A DNA stretch of 64,000 bases, taken from positions 72,602,001 through 72,666,000 of the forward strand of contig NC_135803.1 in assembly GCF_964213995.1 (NCBI RefSeq), in the 5' to 3' direction. The notes below the pieces were generated by a model. The model was not told the origin of the DNA and did no database searches. It was given only the letters and a program-made list of their open reading frames with translations. Shown piece by piece: positions 1 to 13,749 of this stretch (its first letter is position 1; each line of letters starts with the position of its first letter). This DNA is from Mustelus asterias. Its lineage: Eukaryota. A program made the position numbers and the translations under genes.

Positions 1-383
1 TGGTAACTACCTTTTTGGGCAGTTGCAGTCTTCCAGAAGAGAATAGTACACCGAATGGGTTAAGAGTCAACCACATTTCTGTGGGTTTGGAGTCACAGGT
101 GGGTCAGATATGGTAAGAACAGCAGATTTCCTTCTCTAGAGGACAGGAACCAGGTGGTTTATCACGACCATGATAGTTTCACGGGCCAATATTACTAAGA
201 CTAGATTTCATTCATTAAAAATTCACTAGATGCCGTGGTGCGGTTTGAACCAGTGTCCCCAGAGCATTAGCCTAGTCCACCAACATCGACACTAGACAAC
301 CATCTCCCCTTAACATCTGTCTGAATACTGCACTGAAGGTGCATGGATCAATGCACTATGGCATGTACAGTCAAGATACTTAC

Positions 384-529
384 ATTAACATGGTCCTCAG
401 CTTCAGGAAATCATTGTGCTCTGGATTCTCCACTTCCACGACGCCCCATGGATACAGACGCCCTCGGACTTTTTTACCTTTTGCCTCTATCAACTGATTT
501 GATCCAACGACAGCAAAAGGGATACTGGC
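384..529 (-). CDS. SEPT2: Septin 2 coding exon 8 ([49 protein letters not shown]); gene continues left of the window
   Basis: tacag|...|gtaagt, 146 nt. Contains the septin unique element GRxYPWG. Confidence 0.96.
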
Positions 530-989
530 CTGTATTCACAAGAGAAAAGACAACATGGTCCAAAACTGACCCACTTAACAAAAAAAATCTTCCCCCAAGG
601 CTTCTGCTACGAAGACCTAGATGCACGTTTGACCAAAAGCTTAAAACAGAATTGTGACGTAAAGGACAGGCATAATCTTGTATATCTGTTCATGGAGATG
701 TATGTATACACCCGTGAGATTATTTACTCACAGGTGAACTAAACATCTCAATTTCATACAATAAACACTCAAACAAATTTTCACCTGCATTAACAGTGGG
801 TGGGATTTTTCGGTCTTGTTCACCCCAAAACTGGAAAATCCCGCCCAAGGTCAATGGGGTCTGCCCCTCGCACGCTGCAATTCCTGTGGCAGATCCCTCC
901 AATATCTGAGAAGTAAATCTATTTTCACACTACTTTCACTTCAGGGGTGGATTAAATAAAGTTCCAAATCTCAATCGGAGTACGTTAAA

Positions 990-1300
990 ATAGAATACCT
1001 ACAGTGCAGAAGGCGGCCACTCAGCCCATCGAGTCTGCACTGACAATCCAGGCCCTATCCCTGTAACCCCACATATTAGTCCCTCTTACCTATGCAAACT
1101 GGGACACTAAGGGGTAATTTAGCATGGCCAATACACATAACCCACACATCTTTGGACTGTGGGAGGAAACCGGAGCACCCAGAGGAAACCCAGGCAGACA
1201 CATGGAGAACATGCAAACTCCACACAGACAGCGACTCATGCCGGGAATCAAACCCGGGTCCTTGGAGCTGTGAGGCAGCAGTGCTAACCACTGTGCTACC
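990..1300 (-). mobile_element. HE1-like tRNA-derived V-SINE
   Basis: A box GGTAGCACAGTGGTTAGC, B-box-like GGTTTGATTCCC, V core GGGTTTCCTCTGGGTGCTCCGGTTTCCTCCCAC, CR1-like tail. Confidence 0.9.
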
Positions 1301-3192
1301 CTAACAGAGTTCAGTTAATCTGCAAAACCTCAATTCTGAGAAGGTAAATAAAGCTGTTGCCTCTCTTCCTCCTTTTTTTGCACAACGTCAATAAACAGAC
1401 ATGGATTAATCACCACCAAGACTACTGATTCAGTTTCCTCAGAAATGTGAATGGAATTGTATGCACAAAATACATCAAAATGCAGACACCCAAGGACAAA
1501 ATTGCAGGTTGACATTCCAACTCACTGTAAATAATCACAATGGACATCGACATGTCTTAATGGTAAAAAGATCAATTTTCCGCCTAAACACATTTAGAGA
1601 AATGCACAAGGACTGATTCATACACCTGCCCTTATAAAAGAGCTTTCATTGTCATAATTCAATGGGGCTGCCTACTGTTAACTGGTCAAATGAAGTAACA
1701 GTTAAGGGGTTTACCTAAATGTTAAATTAGCGACTTTAGATATGATCTTGCAATTGGAAGTTTATTGTATTGTGTGTGGAGGCTGAGCTAGATCTGAAGA
1801 ATGAGAAACACCAAACCAGTGTTGCCACTAATGTATTTCAGAGTACCAGTAACGATCCTTTATAGAAATCACACTTTATGGTAAATTTGATGTTAAGTCA
1901 ATATACTTCTAGTGTGCAATATTCAATGCATGTATATTTATTACCACTAAAGTGAGATCTCTAACACCATCTCCTAACCCAACAATCCTCATGCTCAATA
2001 TGACCACTGTAGGCACACCTAAAAATTAAAATCTGAATTTCTGTACTTGGCGAGTACACAATTTTACAAATTCTACCATGTTCGTTTGAAATACTGGTGG
2101 TTAAAAAATGATACTCCTGGCAGACAATATATTGTCATACTTTCCTTTTATTTAGCAATTCCCAAGGTCCATTAATTCGCTCATCATCAGTAACAACATG
2201 ATTCAACGATAATGGAACTGCTGACTAATCTTTGGAATCTCTAAATCAATTAGTCTAGAACAAACGCAGACATGAAGCTAGGAAAACCCCAGTGCTTTCG
2301 GAGCTATAGACCAAAGGTCACTCGTTTCCTGTTACACCTACAGCATGTCTCAAATTACTCAGACTATAGTTACATTTATTTTCAGCAAGAAACGTTTTTG
2401 GAATAATTTGTATCTGAATGATTATCTGCAGCCACTGACTCCCTAGGGAGCCTATTCTGTGGACTTGTTCATTGAAATATTATCTTTGCAGATTCATTTT
2501 AAATTTACACCCTTCCAAGTCTGCCCTTCCTGTCTCCTCTTTTGTTCTGGACAACACAAAACAGCTAGTCACGGTTAGCATCATCTATTCCCTTTAGAAT
2601 CCAGGAAACAGTAATCACAACACTTCAACTTTCTATTTCCTAGTGAAAAGTTACCAATTTCCATAATCCAGTATCTTAATCTAATCCCTTCAACCCCTCA
2701 ATCTCAACACTCCATCCTGCATTCTTTCAATGGAAACAGCAGAGAAACTTAGGACTTAATTTTCTAATTCCATTGATCTCAATGTTACTACTCATTACCA
2801 TCTTAAGCAATTAGACAACAGAGTTTAGAAGAATTATGACTTTCAAAAAGGTACTTGGGCTCAACACCAAGGACCAAATTTTGCAAACTAGTTCAATTGA
2901 AAGAGTGGAAAGGGATCTTCTCCCAACCTATTAATACATGGCTATCTGTGCTGGAGAGCAAGTCTTCAGAAGGTTTACCAGGCTGATTCCTGGGATGGCA
3001 GGTCTATCATATGAGAGACCAAGTCGGTTAGGATTATATTCACGGAATTTTAGAAGAGTGGAGGGGAATCTCAGAAACTTATAAAATTCTGACAGGGTAG
3101 ATTCAGAAAGAATGTTCCCAATGATGGGGGAGTCCAGAACTAGGGGTTGTAGTTTGAGGATGTGTGGAATTCACTACCACCAAAATGTAGTT

Positions 3193-3518
3193 CATAGAAT
3201 CATAGAAACCCTACAGTGCAGAAGAGGCCATTTGGCCCATCGAGTCTGCGCCAACCACAATCCCACCCAGGCCCTACCGCCATATCCCTACATATTTTAC
3301 CCGCTAATCCCTCTAATCTACGCATCTCAGGACACTAAGGGGCAATTTTAGCATGGCCAATCAACCTAACCTGCACATCTTTGGACTGTGGGAGGAAACC
3401 CACACAGACACGAGAAGAATGTGCAAACTCCACACAGACAGTGACCCAAGCCGGGAATCGAACCCAGGTCCCTGGAGCTATGAAGCAGCAGTGCTAACCA
3501 CTGTGCTACCGTGCTGCC
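3193..3518 (-). mobile_element. HE1-like SINE nested in a CR1 3' fragment (about 2958-3720, +)
   Basis: Same head, core and tail as the other copies; CR1 sequence resumes on both sides. Confidence 0.9.
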
Positions 3519-5757
3519 AAAAAAATGTTGAGGCCAAAATGTCGGATTTCAAGAAGAAATTAGATATAGCTCTTGGGGCTAAAGGGATCAAGGAATATTT
3601 GGGGGGTGGTTTGGGAACCAGGATATTGAATTTGATGATCAGCCATGATCAAGACGAATGGTGGAGCAGGCTCGAAGGGCCAAATGGCCCACTCCCGTTT
3701 CTAGTTTCTATGTTTCTAAAAGACTGTTTCCACAAAGAGAAAAACTCCTTTATAACCGAGAGCCTTTTCAGGGTCTTTAGCTCACTATTTTTGCATCTAG
3801 CTATGTGACAGAGATTGATGGGAATGCCATGTGGGATCAAAAACCCAGATAGATGTGTAGCTCAGAGCAAATAGTTGATAATTTGGTTCAAGGACCAGGT
3901 GTTTGGTTTTCCTAAATTCTGTTCCCTGTTTCTGCCTTTATACACCATTCAATGTTTCCTTGAAGAACAGGGTAGAAACGTTGCACTGAAGTTTGAGGCA
4001 AAATGAAACTCGCCTCATGTTTTAGACATAAATGCCAAAATGGCATTATTGAACCAAGTAACACAGCATAATGTTACAGGATGAACATGACGTAAAATGG
4101 TTTGTGTGATGCTAATAAAATATTGATAATCAAAAAGATATTTCAAGACAGTTATAGTGGCTCTCTCAAAATGGTCAAATATGAGCTGAACAATAGTAAA
4201 TTATTTAGCATATTATGGACAGGTCAACCCCAACTCAAAGATCTGAGAATCAAATCATCCTCAGCCAACAGGGAACCATCACAACTATGCATCTAAGGTT
4301 AAGCTAGCTTTCTCTGCATAAGGAAGAAAGAAATAGAATATTGAAGTAAAGTCGGAGAGGTTTGTGTGAAACATGAACACCTGTTGTCAGAATGACCCGT
4401 TACTTTGCAGAAAATTTCGAAGTACATCAAAATTAGATAGCAAACTCATTTTACATCTAAAAGTGTTGTCCCACAAAATCTATGAAATAGCTTAACAAAT
4501 TAATTAATTTTTGGATTCTGAAGGGTTTGATGCTACAAACTGAACTTTTAGGCAGCAAATACAGAAATACAATTCTGATAACTCAAAAACTATAATTCAA
4601 GTCCTGATACAGGATCACGAGTGCATTTCTTCCATATTTATCTCACTTGGGTTACTTTTCCAATTACACTCAGTTCATGGTGAACCTCTCTCCCTTTATA
4701 AACAGTTCAGCCAGATACACTCAAAGCCTGTTTGCATGTCAAAATGCATCTTTGCACTCAGCGCCATAAACACGGCTTCCTTCAGACCTAGGATTTAGAC
4801 TAACATTCAGTTTGAATACTCCTTTCTGTTGGTGGAGCAAAGCACGTGTTGCATGCAGGGAGGAGTGATCTTCTAGTGTTAATTTATCTAGAACTGTCTA
4901 GCACAATGCAAAGGACATGTGGGAATTCTTTCAATAAGGAACTGCTGGACCAAAGTGTCAATATCTGCCCTCATTACTGGAGCTAACATAATAGGTGAAA
5001 AGCGTGGATTTTTACCTACCTAAGCAAATCTTATCTATGGTTACAGTAATCTCAAGGCTGACGTGAAATTTTTCACACAACTTCAAAGCTCAAAATTTCA
5101 CGGCCTTGGTAAAGATATCCTAATAATGAAGTGATCTTTGACTATTCACAGTATCAGATCCTTTACACTTCATTGCTACAGCGCTTTGCAAGTGGGGAGG
5201 TGACGGAAGCATTAAGCACTAGCTATTGCAAACAACCCACAACACAGTACACAAAGTCTTAATTCCAACTCTGAACTCTAAACCGAAGCTTTCCAGCTTG
5301 CAAGGAAACAGCCAAAACCTTACAAAATTTTCTCCAAACTCAAATTAGTTGGACTACATTTGCATTATTCGAAGAGCAAGGCTCCCAGGATTCTGCTTTG
5401 CTCCAGGCTAGATTTAGCCATGTTTCTGAATGTACTTTGTACTCCGGTACCACTGTATTGGCCTGAGCTTAACGGAATACAACCTTAAAGAATTGAGAGA
5501 TTAATTTATTGCCTAGCAAACTGTTTACAATGACTGGAGTAAACCAATTCAAGTATGATCAGAATAAGAGCAAGGGAATACACAAAAAAAATTCTCAGGT
5601 GTCAGAGGGTGATGTCCTGGTGCTACTTTTCCATTTGGATCACAGCCCATTCATTTTCAGGTGAAAGCTGTGCAAATAAGGAGAACTTTAAGTTTCCAAA
5701 ACATAACCAATGCAAGGACAATAATCACATTAAGTTTTAATTTCTGCTGTTAAGTAC

Positions 5758-5859
5758 CTTGAGGACTCGCGTTTGCTCCTTGAAATCCTCATCCTCGTCA
5801 GACTCTGCATCTGGAAGGTGGTATATCCTAATACTGTGCTCCTCTATCTCATCGAGAAT
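5758..5859 (-). CDS. SEPT2: Septin 2 coding exon 7 ([34 protein letters not shown])
   Basis: actttattaag|ATT...AAG|gtactt, 102 nt. The acidic SDEDED site is conserved. Not in the ORF track; found by reading the minus strand. Confidence 0.95.
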
Positions 5860-7137
5860 CTTAATAAAGTAGCAAACAAGAAGTTAACAAAAAATATATA
5901 ATTCCATTGAGTCACCAGGACACACTGGTTAAAGAATTCAAATTCAATGTTTAATTACACAGGATTGAGAAGTTTAAAAATTGTTTTGGGGACCAAATTC
6001 CTCAATTCCATCTACATACCATTGGGATCATAGATAATGGCAACTGAATACTTTATGACCCATTTTTTCATGATACTATTCCAGTTTCCTCAATGCCTTG
6101 CTCATTAATACTGCATCATGTACAGATTGCACTAACCCACAAACATAGGGACTGAACTTTAAGTTGGAGAGCTGCATTTTCTATAGTTCTACTTGCCTCA
6201 AAATTTCCCTCTACAAATAGTTTATTCCTAGAACAGCTCCTTATGTGGGGTTGTCAATTCCACAGTAGAATGATGGAATAATTGAGAGAGAAACAGAAAT
6301 TGATTCCTTCCTTACTGCAGTTGTTTGCCTTACTGCAGCACATTTAATGGAGAAAAATATCACTGGTGTGGGAGAATTACAAAAAGAGGTGATTTGCTCT
6401 CCAAGATGCAGGGATGGAAAGTTGACGGAGTTCCAAAAGATAAGACTTAAGGACAGAAGATTCTGCTGCTTGTACAGACTAATTGGGCCTGATTCTATGC
6501 TGTAGATTCTATGCTGTGAATGAATACTGAAAAATCAGACAAGCTGGAGGCCAACGAGGACATAAAGGGTGAGGCTGTGTAAAGATTTGTATTAATTCCA
6601 AGTTTAATCCACTGGTGACAGAGCAGTGTAGGCCAACAAAGACCGTAGGTGGGTGGAGAGTGGGAGGATAGGCAAGTCAGGGTACCACGGGATAGGACCC
6701 GAGTGGCAGGATTGCAATTGAAGGGTACAGATTGGGAAAGCACTGGTGAAGTCAAGTCCAGGAGTTGTCAAAGTCATGAATACAGTTTCTGTGGCATTGG
6801 AAGTATGTCACCCTGATAGTGAACTGAATATGGGATTTGAAGCTCCACTTAGATCTGGGATAAACAGAATACTGGAGTTTGAAACCAGATAGGGTTAACC
6901 TGAGTGAGCAGACACCGAAATGGAGTTGAAGGCTTCAGTGGAGGTTTTTTTTTGCTGAGGCTGAAGGTAATAGTAGTAGTTTATCCAACCTTCTATTTTA
7001 GAAAATGCTAACACATTTATGAGCTACTATTAAACAGACAGTCTAATAGTATTGAATTTACAATAGAAAAACAAGTCTTTCAGTCCAAATTGTTTTAGCA
7101 CAGTATTTACAAGTCTCCTCCTATTCCACCCAGTATA

Positions 7138-7545
7138 TCATAGAAGCTTATAAAATAGGTGCAGGAGTAGGCCATTCGGCCCTTTGAACCTGCACCACCT
7201 TCAATATGATCATTGTTGATCATGGACTTTCAGTATCCCACTCCTGCTTTCTCTCCATACCCCTTGATCCCTTTAGCCACAAGGGCCATGTCCAGCTCCC
7301 TCTTGAACATATCTAACGAACTGGCCCCAAAAGCTTTCTGTGGTAGAGAATTCCACAGGTTCACAACTTTGAGTGAAGTTCTTCTTTATCTCAATCCTGA
7401 ATGGCTTATCCCTTATTTTTAGACTGCGACCTCTAGTTCTACACTTCCCCAACAATCGGGAGCATTCTTCCCGCATCTTGTCTGTCCAGTCCCATGAGGA
7501 TTTTATATGTTTCTGTCAGATCTCCTTGCATTCTTCTAAATATCC
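7138..7545 (-). mobile_element. CR1 3' end
   Basis: RTRGRSLKIR...FTQ remnant and 3'UTR. Confidence 0.8.
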
Positions 7546-10098
7546 TTCAACTCCTTTCTTCCCCATTTGCTTATCTAGTTTTCCCCTGAAGGCATCTATG
7601 CTATTCATCTCAATGATCCCTTTTCATACCGAGTCCCACATTTGTGGGGAATAATGTAGATTGTCATGGAGATATTGAAGCCGATTCAGTGTCTAGAGAT
7701 ATCACCAGTGGGCAATACACAGTTGAAGAAAGGCTATGGCCAGGGTTGTGACAGAGCTGGAGGAGGAGAACCTATTGCTGGATATACACTAGCTTGGTAC
7801 AGGTAGAATTCAAACCAGCTAAGGGTAGTTCCAATGAAGTGGACCACAGAAACATGACGGAGGATGATAGGACTAACTACTGGATGGTGCAGAAGGATCT
7901 TGAATGAAAGGCCAAAATTTCCAAAGACAGATAGATGGGTTTCTGGACTGCAGAGGTTCATTTTCAGCAGTTTGTTCGCTGGAAGTCTCAAGTTCAACAA
8001 TACATAGAATTGCATAATTTCTGCATTAAGAAACAGGGCATCCAATCTATGCTGCTGCTATGCTACTCTCATTGTACAAGAAACTCTTCCCTTTCTAATT
8101 ACCTCCACTCACCCTAACACATATCCCTCTGTCTTCCTCCTTCTGCTATTCCCATTACTAAATCTAAACTTTAATAGGGTGAGAACCAGTCAGGGATTAC
8201 CCTTCCCAATAACACCTTTGTAGTTTGAATTTTTAAAATATTAGTCGCCAAACATATTGATTACTATGGTATTCCAGTACGCAGAGCTCACGGAGGACCT
8301 CTGGTAGCCTGATACAGCAGCATTTCAGAATCAAACGGGTACACAAAATAACTGGTCAAGTGGAATTGAACCAAGACATTTGTCAACACCACCTATCTTT
8401 GTCCAATTTTGAAAACTGATATTTTCAACTCCCGAGTCCTTATTTATTTTGCAATACAACAATGGGCAATGTCTTCGGGAACACATTTGTCCAAGACATC
8501 AGGTGTTTTACCAAGGAAGGTCCAACAGGTTATACAATGATGCAGTACTAGGACTGCAACACTGGAGGTCACTAGTAGTTGGCTGTCTTTAGCAAAGTCA
8601 GTCAGCTGAAAACTGGTGCTTCTACAAGTGGAGAGTGGATAATTCAGCATTTTAATTTGCTCCCACAGAATTTATTTCTTTAAATTCCTGCCATGTAGTC
8701 AGTTTCCAGAATTCGTTCCCATGAAATTTCAAATCAGTTAATTTCAAACAAAGAAAGCAGTAAATGCACAGTTTACTTGGCAATATATTAACAGCTAACA
8801 ATGGGGAAACCAAAATCTTTTGCAAATGCAAACTGTAAAAGGTGTCAAAGGAAGGCTGGTGTCAATTTGGGATCAAATGGATCTTGTGGAGACAGAGGGC
8901 AAGGCTTGGGTACTAAATGAGTACTTTGAATCTGTTTTCACCAAAGAGAATAGAATGCTGTCAATACAGCAGTAAAAGCAGTAACGATATTGGGTAGGAT
9001 TGGTCCGGATGCAAGGATGGAAACTGCAGAGTTTCTGGTCTTCCAATCCTCCCAAGATATGGAGGGAGGCCAAAGGACTATAAATTGTTATAACGGGTGG
9101 AGTGGTTGGGGAGAGGGAAAGAAATAAACTCAGCAACTGCAGACCAGTTAGCCCAGATTCTGTTATGGGTAAATTGAGATATAATCCAAACCAAACTGGT
9201 ATTTGGAAAAGTATGGACTTAAAATGATCAACACAGACTCTTGAATACAAAAATCATGTTTGATTAACTTCATTGCATCCTTTGATGAAATAACAGAGGG
9301 GTGATGTGGCAGCACAGTTGATTTTTTGTGCACATTCACAAGGTGTTCAACAAAGTACCATATTAAAGATCTGTAAGCAAATTCAAGCCCGTGAGATTAA
9401 GGGATAGTGGCAACATGGACAGAAAATTGGCAATTGCTGTTTTTCTGAACAAGAGGGAAGTAGAAAATGCTGTTTCCCATAGGCTGACATTTGGATCAAT
9501 GCTGTTTTTGATGTATTGACTTAGATACACGGGGCATAATCTCAATTTGCCGATTGTAAGAAAGTCAGAAATGTAGTAAGCAATGAGGATAGTAACAATT
9601 CAGGAGGGCATGGACAAACAGGTGAAAACGATAGAGAATTAGCAGATGAAATTTAAATGCAGGGAAATGTGAAGCAATACATTTTGGTAGTGTGATGATA
9701 CTGTGCCTTTAGGAAATGTATTCATATCATTTTTCTTGTCAGGGGTATGTTTGGAATTCAGCTGTGTTTTACACAGTGCCAATCTGCAAAACAGGCAGCT
9801 CACATGCTGAAAATGCAGGCAAATGATTGACTTTAGCTAATGATATGTTTGTTTTAATCTGAACTAATGCATTTTTGCTTATTTGGATTTTCCTCTGGGG
9901 TTTCAGAGTAGGGTTATTAGGTTGATTGACATCGAGTCATGGCTTAAGGGGAGGAGCTAATATTACAGGGTAAAGCATGCAGCATCTGCCAGGTTCTGAT
10001 AGGTGCAAGGTGTCTCTCTCTCTTGCTGTAGGCTGCTGTTTGGAACCCAAGAGAAATAATTCTCTCTCACCAAAGGTATTCTGGCGACTTGAGGACTG

Positions 10099-10918
10099 TA
10101 AGAAGTTTAACACCACCAGGTTAAAGTCCAACAGGTTTATTTGGTAGCAAAAGCCACACAAGCTTTCGGAGCTGCAAGCCCCTTCTTCAGGTGAGTGGGA
10201 ATTCTGTTCACAAACAGAGCATATAAAGACACAAACTCAATTTACATGAATAATGGTTGGAATGCGAATACTTACAACTAATCAAGTCTTTAAGAAATAA
10301 AACAATGTGAGTGGAGAGAGCATCAAGACAGGCTAAAAAGATGTGTATTGTCTCCAGACAAGACAGCCAGTGAAACTCTGTGGGGGTTACAAATAGTGTG
10401 CCATGAACCCAATATCCCGGTTGAGGCCGTCCTCGTGTGTGCGGAACTTGGCTATCAGTTTCTGCTCAGCGACTCTGCGCCGTCGTGTGTCGTGAAGGCC
10501 GCCCTGGAGAACACTTACCCGAATATCAGAGGCCGAATGCCCGTGACCGCTGAAGTGCTCCCCAACAGGAAGAGAACAGTCTTGCGTGGTGATTGTCGAG
10601 TGGTGTTCATTCATCCGTTGTCGCAGCGTCTGCATAGTTTTCCCAATGTACCATGCCTCGGGACATCCTTTCCTGCAGCGTATCAGGTAGACAACGTTGG
10701 CCGAGTTGCAAGAGTATGTACCGTGTACCTGGTGGATGGTGTTCTCACGTGAGATGATGGCATCTGTGTCGATGATCCGGCACGTCTTGCAGAGGTTGCT
10801 GTGGCAGGGTTGTGTGGTGTCATGGTCACTGTTCTCCTGAAGGCTGGGTAGTTTGCTGCGGACAATGGTCTGTTTGAGGTTGTGCGGTTGTTTGAAGACA
10901 AGAAGTGGGGGTCCTACG
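10099..10918 (-). mobile_element. Penelope-like element, 3' portion (GIY-YIG endonuclease C-terminus plus pLTR)
   Basis: ORF 10387-10635 LRQRMNEH...PVGEHFS...EQKLIAKFRTHEDGLN is typical of PLE endonucleases. 9-bp TSD TGAGGACTG at 10090-10098 and 10919-10927. CpG-rich, so probably young. Confidence 0.9.
10156..10195 (-). ncRNA. Minimal type I hammerhead ribozyme in the Penelope pLTR
   Basis: Minus strand: CUCAC-CUGAAGA-AGGGGC UUGCA GCUCC-GAAA-GCUU-GUGUG. Both core boxes, stem II and a palindromic stem III are present. Confidence 0.75.
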
Positions 10919-11359
10919 TGAGGACTGGCAGCCCAAGTACAAGCATGTAAGCCTGTGTGTCACCAACTGATTCTGAAGTGGAGTTTAAGTCTATAAGAGG
11001 AATATTGCTCGAATTGGAAAATAGTTGGGGTCTCGTCTAACTGCAAAATATACCTTGGGGTATCTGATCAGGTACCTTAACAGTAGGAAGAATGCAGAGT
11101 ACAAACTAAATGGCATAACTTTGAAGGGAAGCTCAAGACTTGATTGTATACACACAAATCTTTGAAGGATTTCAAGTTGAGAAGGCCATTAAATAACATA
11201 TGGAATCCTTAAATGCATTATTAGAAGCAGAGTGTACAAAAGGAAGGTGGTTGTACCAAACTTTTATAAAACACTGGTTAGGCTTCAGCTGAAAAACTGT
11301 GCTCATTTCTGGGAAGTATATCCAGGCATTGGAGAGGATGCAGATGACTTTAGTATTCA

Positions 11360-13050
11360 AGGAATGCATGTGGGCTTTATGGCTAGGCCAGCATTTATTG
11401 TCTGAGAAGGTGGTGGTGAACTGCCTTCTTGAACTGCTGCAGTCCACATGGTACAGGTACACCCACAGTGCTGTGAGGGAGTTCCAGAATTTTGACCCAG
11501 AGACAGTGAAGAAGCAGTGGCACATTTCCAAGTCAAGATGGCAAATGGCTTGGAGGGGAACTTCCAGGTGGCGATGTTCCCATGCATTTACTGTCTTTGT
11601 CATTCTAGATGCTAGTTGTTAGGGTTTGGAAGATGCTTTCCAAGGAGTTGCTGCAGTGCATCTTGCAGATGGTACACATTGCTGCCACTTAGAGGAAGCG
11701 AATGTTTGTGGAAGGGGTGTCAATCAAGTGGGCTGCTTTGTCATGGATGGTGTCTCGCTTCTTAGTTGGAGCTACTATCATCCAGGCAAGGGGACAATAG
11801 GGGATTTTCACAGTAACTTCACTGCAGTGTTAATGTAAGCCTACTTGTAACACTAATAAATAAACTTCAAAGTTTAGTATTCCATCACACTCCTGACTTG
11901 TGCCTTGTAGATGGTGGACAGGCCTTGGAGAGTCAGTTGGAGAGTTACTTGTCACAGGATTCTTGGCCTCAAACATGTTGTAGCCAAAGTATTTACTGGC
12001 CATTGCAGTTCTCTTTCGATATTGGGGGAATTCAGCAATGATAATGCCATTGAATGTCATGGGGTGATGGTTAGATTCTCTTGTTGGCAATAGTCATTGC
12101 CTGGTACTGGTGTGGTATGCATGTTACTTGCCTTTTGTCAGCCCATGCCTGGATATTGTCCAGGTCTTGCTGAATTTGGGCATGGGCTGCTTTAGTATCT
12201 GAGTCGTCGCGAATGGTAAACATGATCAATGAACATCCCCACATCTGACCTTATGGTGGGAGGAAGGCCATTGATGAAGCAGCTGAAGATCACTGGACCG
12301 AGAACATTACCCCAGGAACTCCTGCAACGATGTCCTGGAGCAGAGATAACTGACCTCCATCTTCCGTTGTTCTAGGCTCCAACCAGCAAAGAGATTTCCC
12401 ACTGATTCCATTTTTGCTAGGGTCCTTTGATGTCACACTTGGTCAAATGTTGCCTGATGCCAAGTGCTGTCAACTCTTGCCTCACCTCTGGAATTCAGCT
12501 CCTTTTTCCACATTTGAACCAAGGCTGTGATGAGGCCAGTAGCTGAGTAGCTCTGGCAGAACCCAAACGGAGTGCCAGTGAGCAGATTATTGCTACGCAA
12601 GTGCACTTGATACACTGCTGATGACCCCTTCCATCATTTACTGATGATCAAGAGTAGACTGATAAGTTAGTAATTGGCTGGGTTGGATTGGCCCCGTTTC
12701 TTGTGCAAGGACATACCTGGGCAATTTTGCTGGGGTTGCTGGGTTGATGCCAGTGTTGTACCTGTCCTGGAACAGCTTGGCTAGGGTCATGGCAAGTTCT
12801 GGAGCACAAGACTTCAGTACTATTGCCAAAATATTACCAGGATCCTGTAGCCTTTGCAGCATCCACTGCCTTCAGCCACTTTTTGATATCACAGGGAATG
12901 AATTGACTTGGATGAAGACTGCGATCTCTGATGAGGGGACCTCTAGAGGAGGCTGAGATAGATCATCCATGTGGCACTTCTGGTTGAAGATTGTAGAAAA
13001 TGCTTCAGCTTGATCTTCGCACGGTTGTGTTGGGCTCCCCGTCATTTTAA
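11360..13050 (-). mobile_element. Second CR1-clade LINE family relic, with a SINE tail inserted at about 11795-11875
   Basis: PGNI.AIVLKSCAPELA..LAKLFQ remnant; 3'UTR motif AATAAATGCTGGCC. Confidence 0.75.
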
Positions 13051-13749
13051 GGGGTTGGGAAACTTGTGCAGCCTTCTCCTCCAGAAAGTGATACCAAGAA
13101 TGAGACATAGTTATTTGAAAAGACTGGAGAAGCTGGGATTGTTTTCCTCATATCAGAGAATGTAAAGAGGAGATTGGTAGAAATATTCAAACCATGATTG
13201 GTTTCGATGGAGTAAATAAGCAGAAGTATTTCTTACAGCAGAAAGGCCAGTAACCACAGTAGATAGATTGAAGGTAATTGGCAAAGAACCAGAGGTGACA
13301 CAAGGAAATAATTTTCTCACATTAGGTTGAGATTTGGTATGTTCTGTCTGAAACGATGATGTGGTGGAAGCAGATCCAATAGCAGCATTCGAAAGAGATT
13401 GGGATAAAAAAGTACAGAGCTAATAGGGAAATAAACAGGACCAATTGGATAGGCTCTATCCACAGCATGGGCAGTGTGGTCCAGATGTACTCCTATTGGA
13501 GCACCTTCATATGAAAATGTCTAGTTTTTAAATCTTTGGTTTAATTAAACGCAAAAGTATCTGAAGGCGAGAGAGTGAAATTAAATGAGAAAAAATATTC
13601 ACAAGCACTAGAGTTAGGAGATGGGTGCTGACATTTAAATAGAAGCCCCTGATGTAGCTCAACTAAAGAACTTTGTTATTCAATCATTTATAAAAAGGTT
13701 CTATTTCTGTCCTAACTTCAGGCATCCTGAAAAATGCATCCTTAATGGG

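Larger units (their letters stand above)
9691..11082. mobile_element. Solo LTR (Gypsy-type) interrupting a CR1 relic
   Basis: Starts TGTGATG and ends TTAACA. 4-bp TSD GTAG at 9687-9690 and 11083-11086. CR1 sequence is continuous across it. Confidence 0.75.
8810..13500 (+). mobile_element. Old CR1 split into three pieces (8810-9690, 11083-11345, 13085-13500) by later insertions
   Basis: Colinear CR1 ORF2 remnants: NEYF.SVFTKE, HFG|RKN, ALER.Q, RLEKLGLFS. Confidence 0.7.

Noticed and set aside
343-657. 104-aa + strand ORF, and similar + ORFs at 15652-15886, 17394-17670 and 19701-19916
   Set aside because: Antisense shadows of SEPT2 exons.
798-847. Short hairpin GGTGGGATTTTTC...GAAAATCCCGCCC
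   Set aside because: Probably a fragment of a common palindromic MITE; too little sequence to define.
1250-1300. tRNA-like A/B boxes
   Set aside because: Heads of SINEs; no complete cloverleaf or independent tRNA gene.
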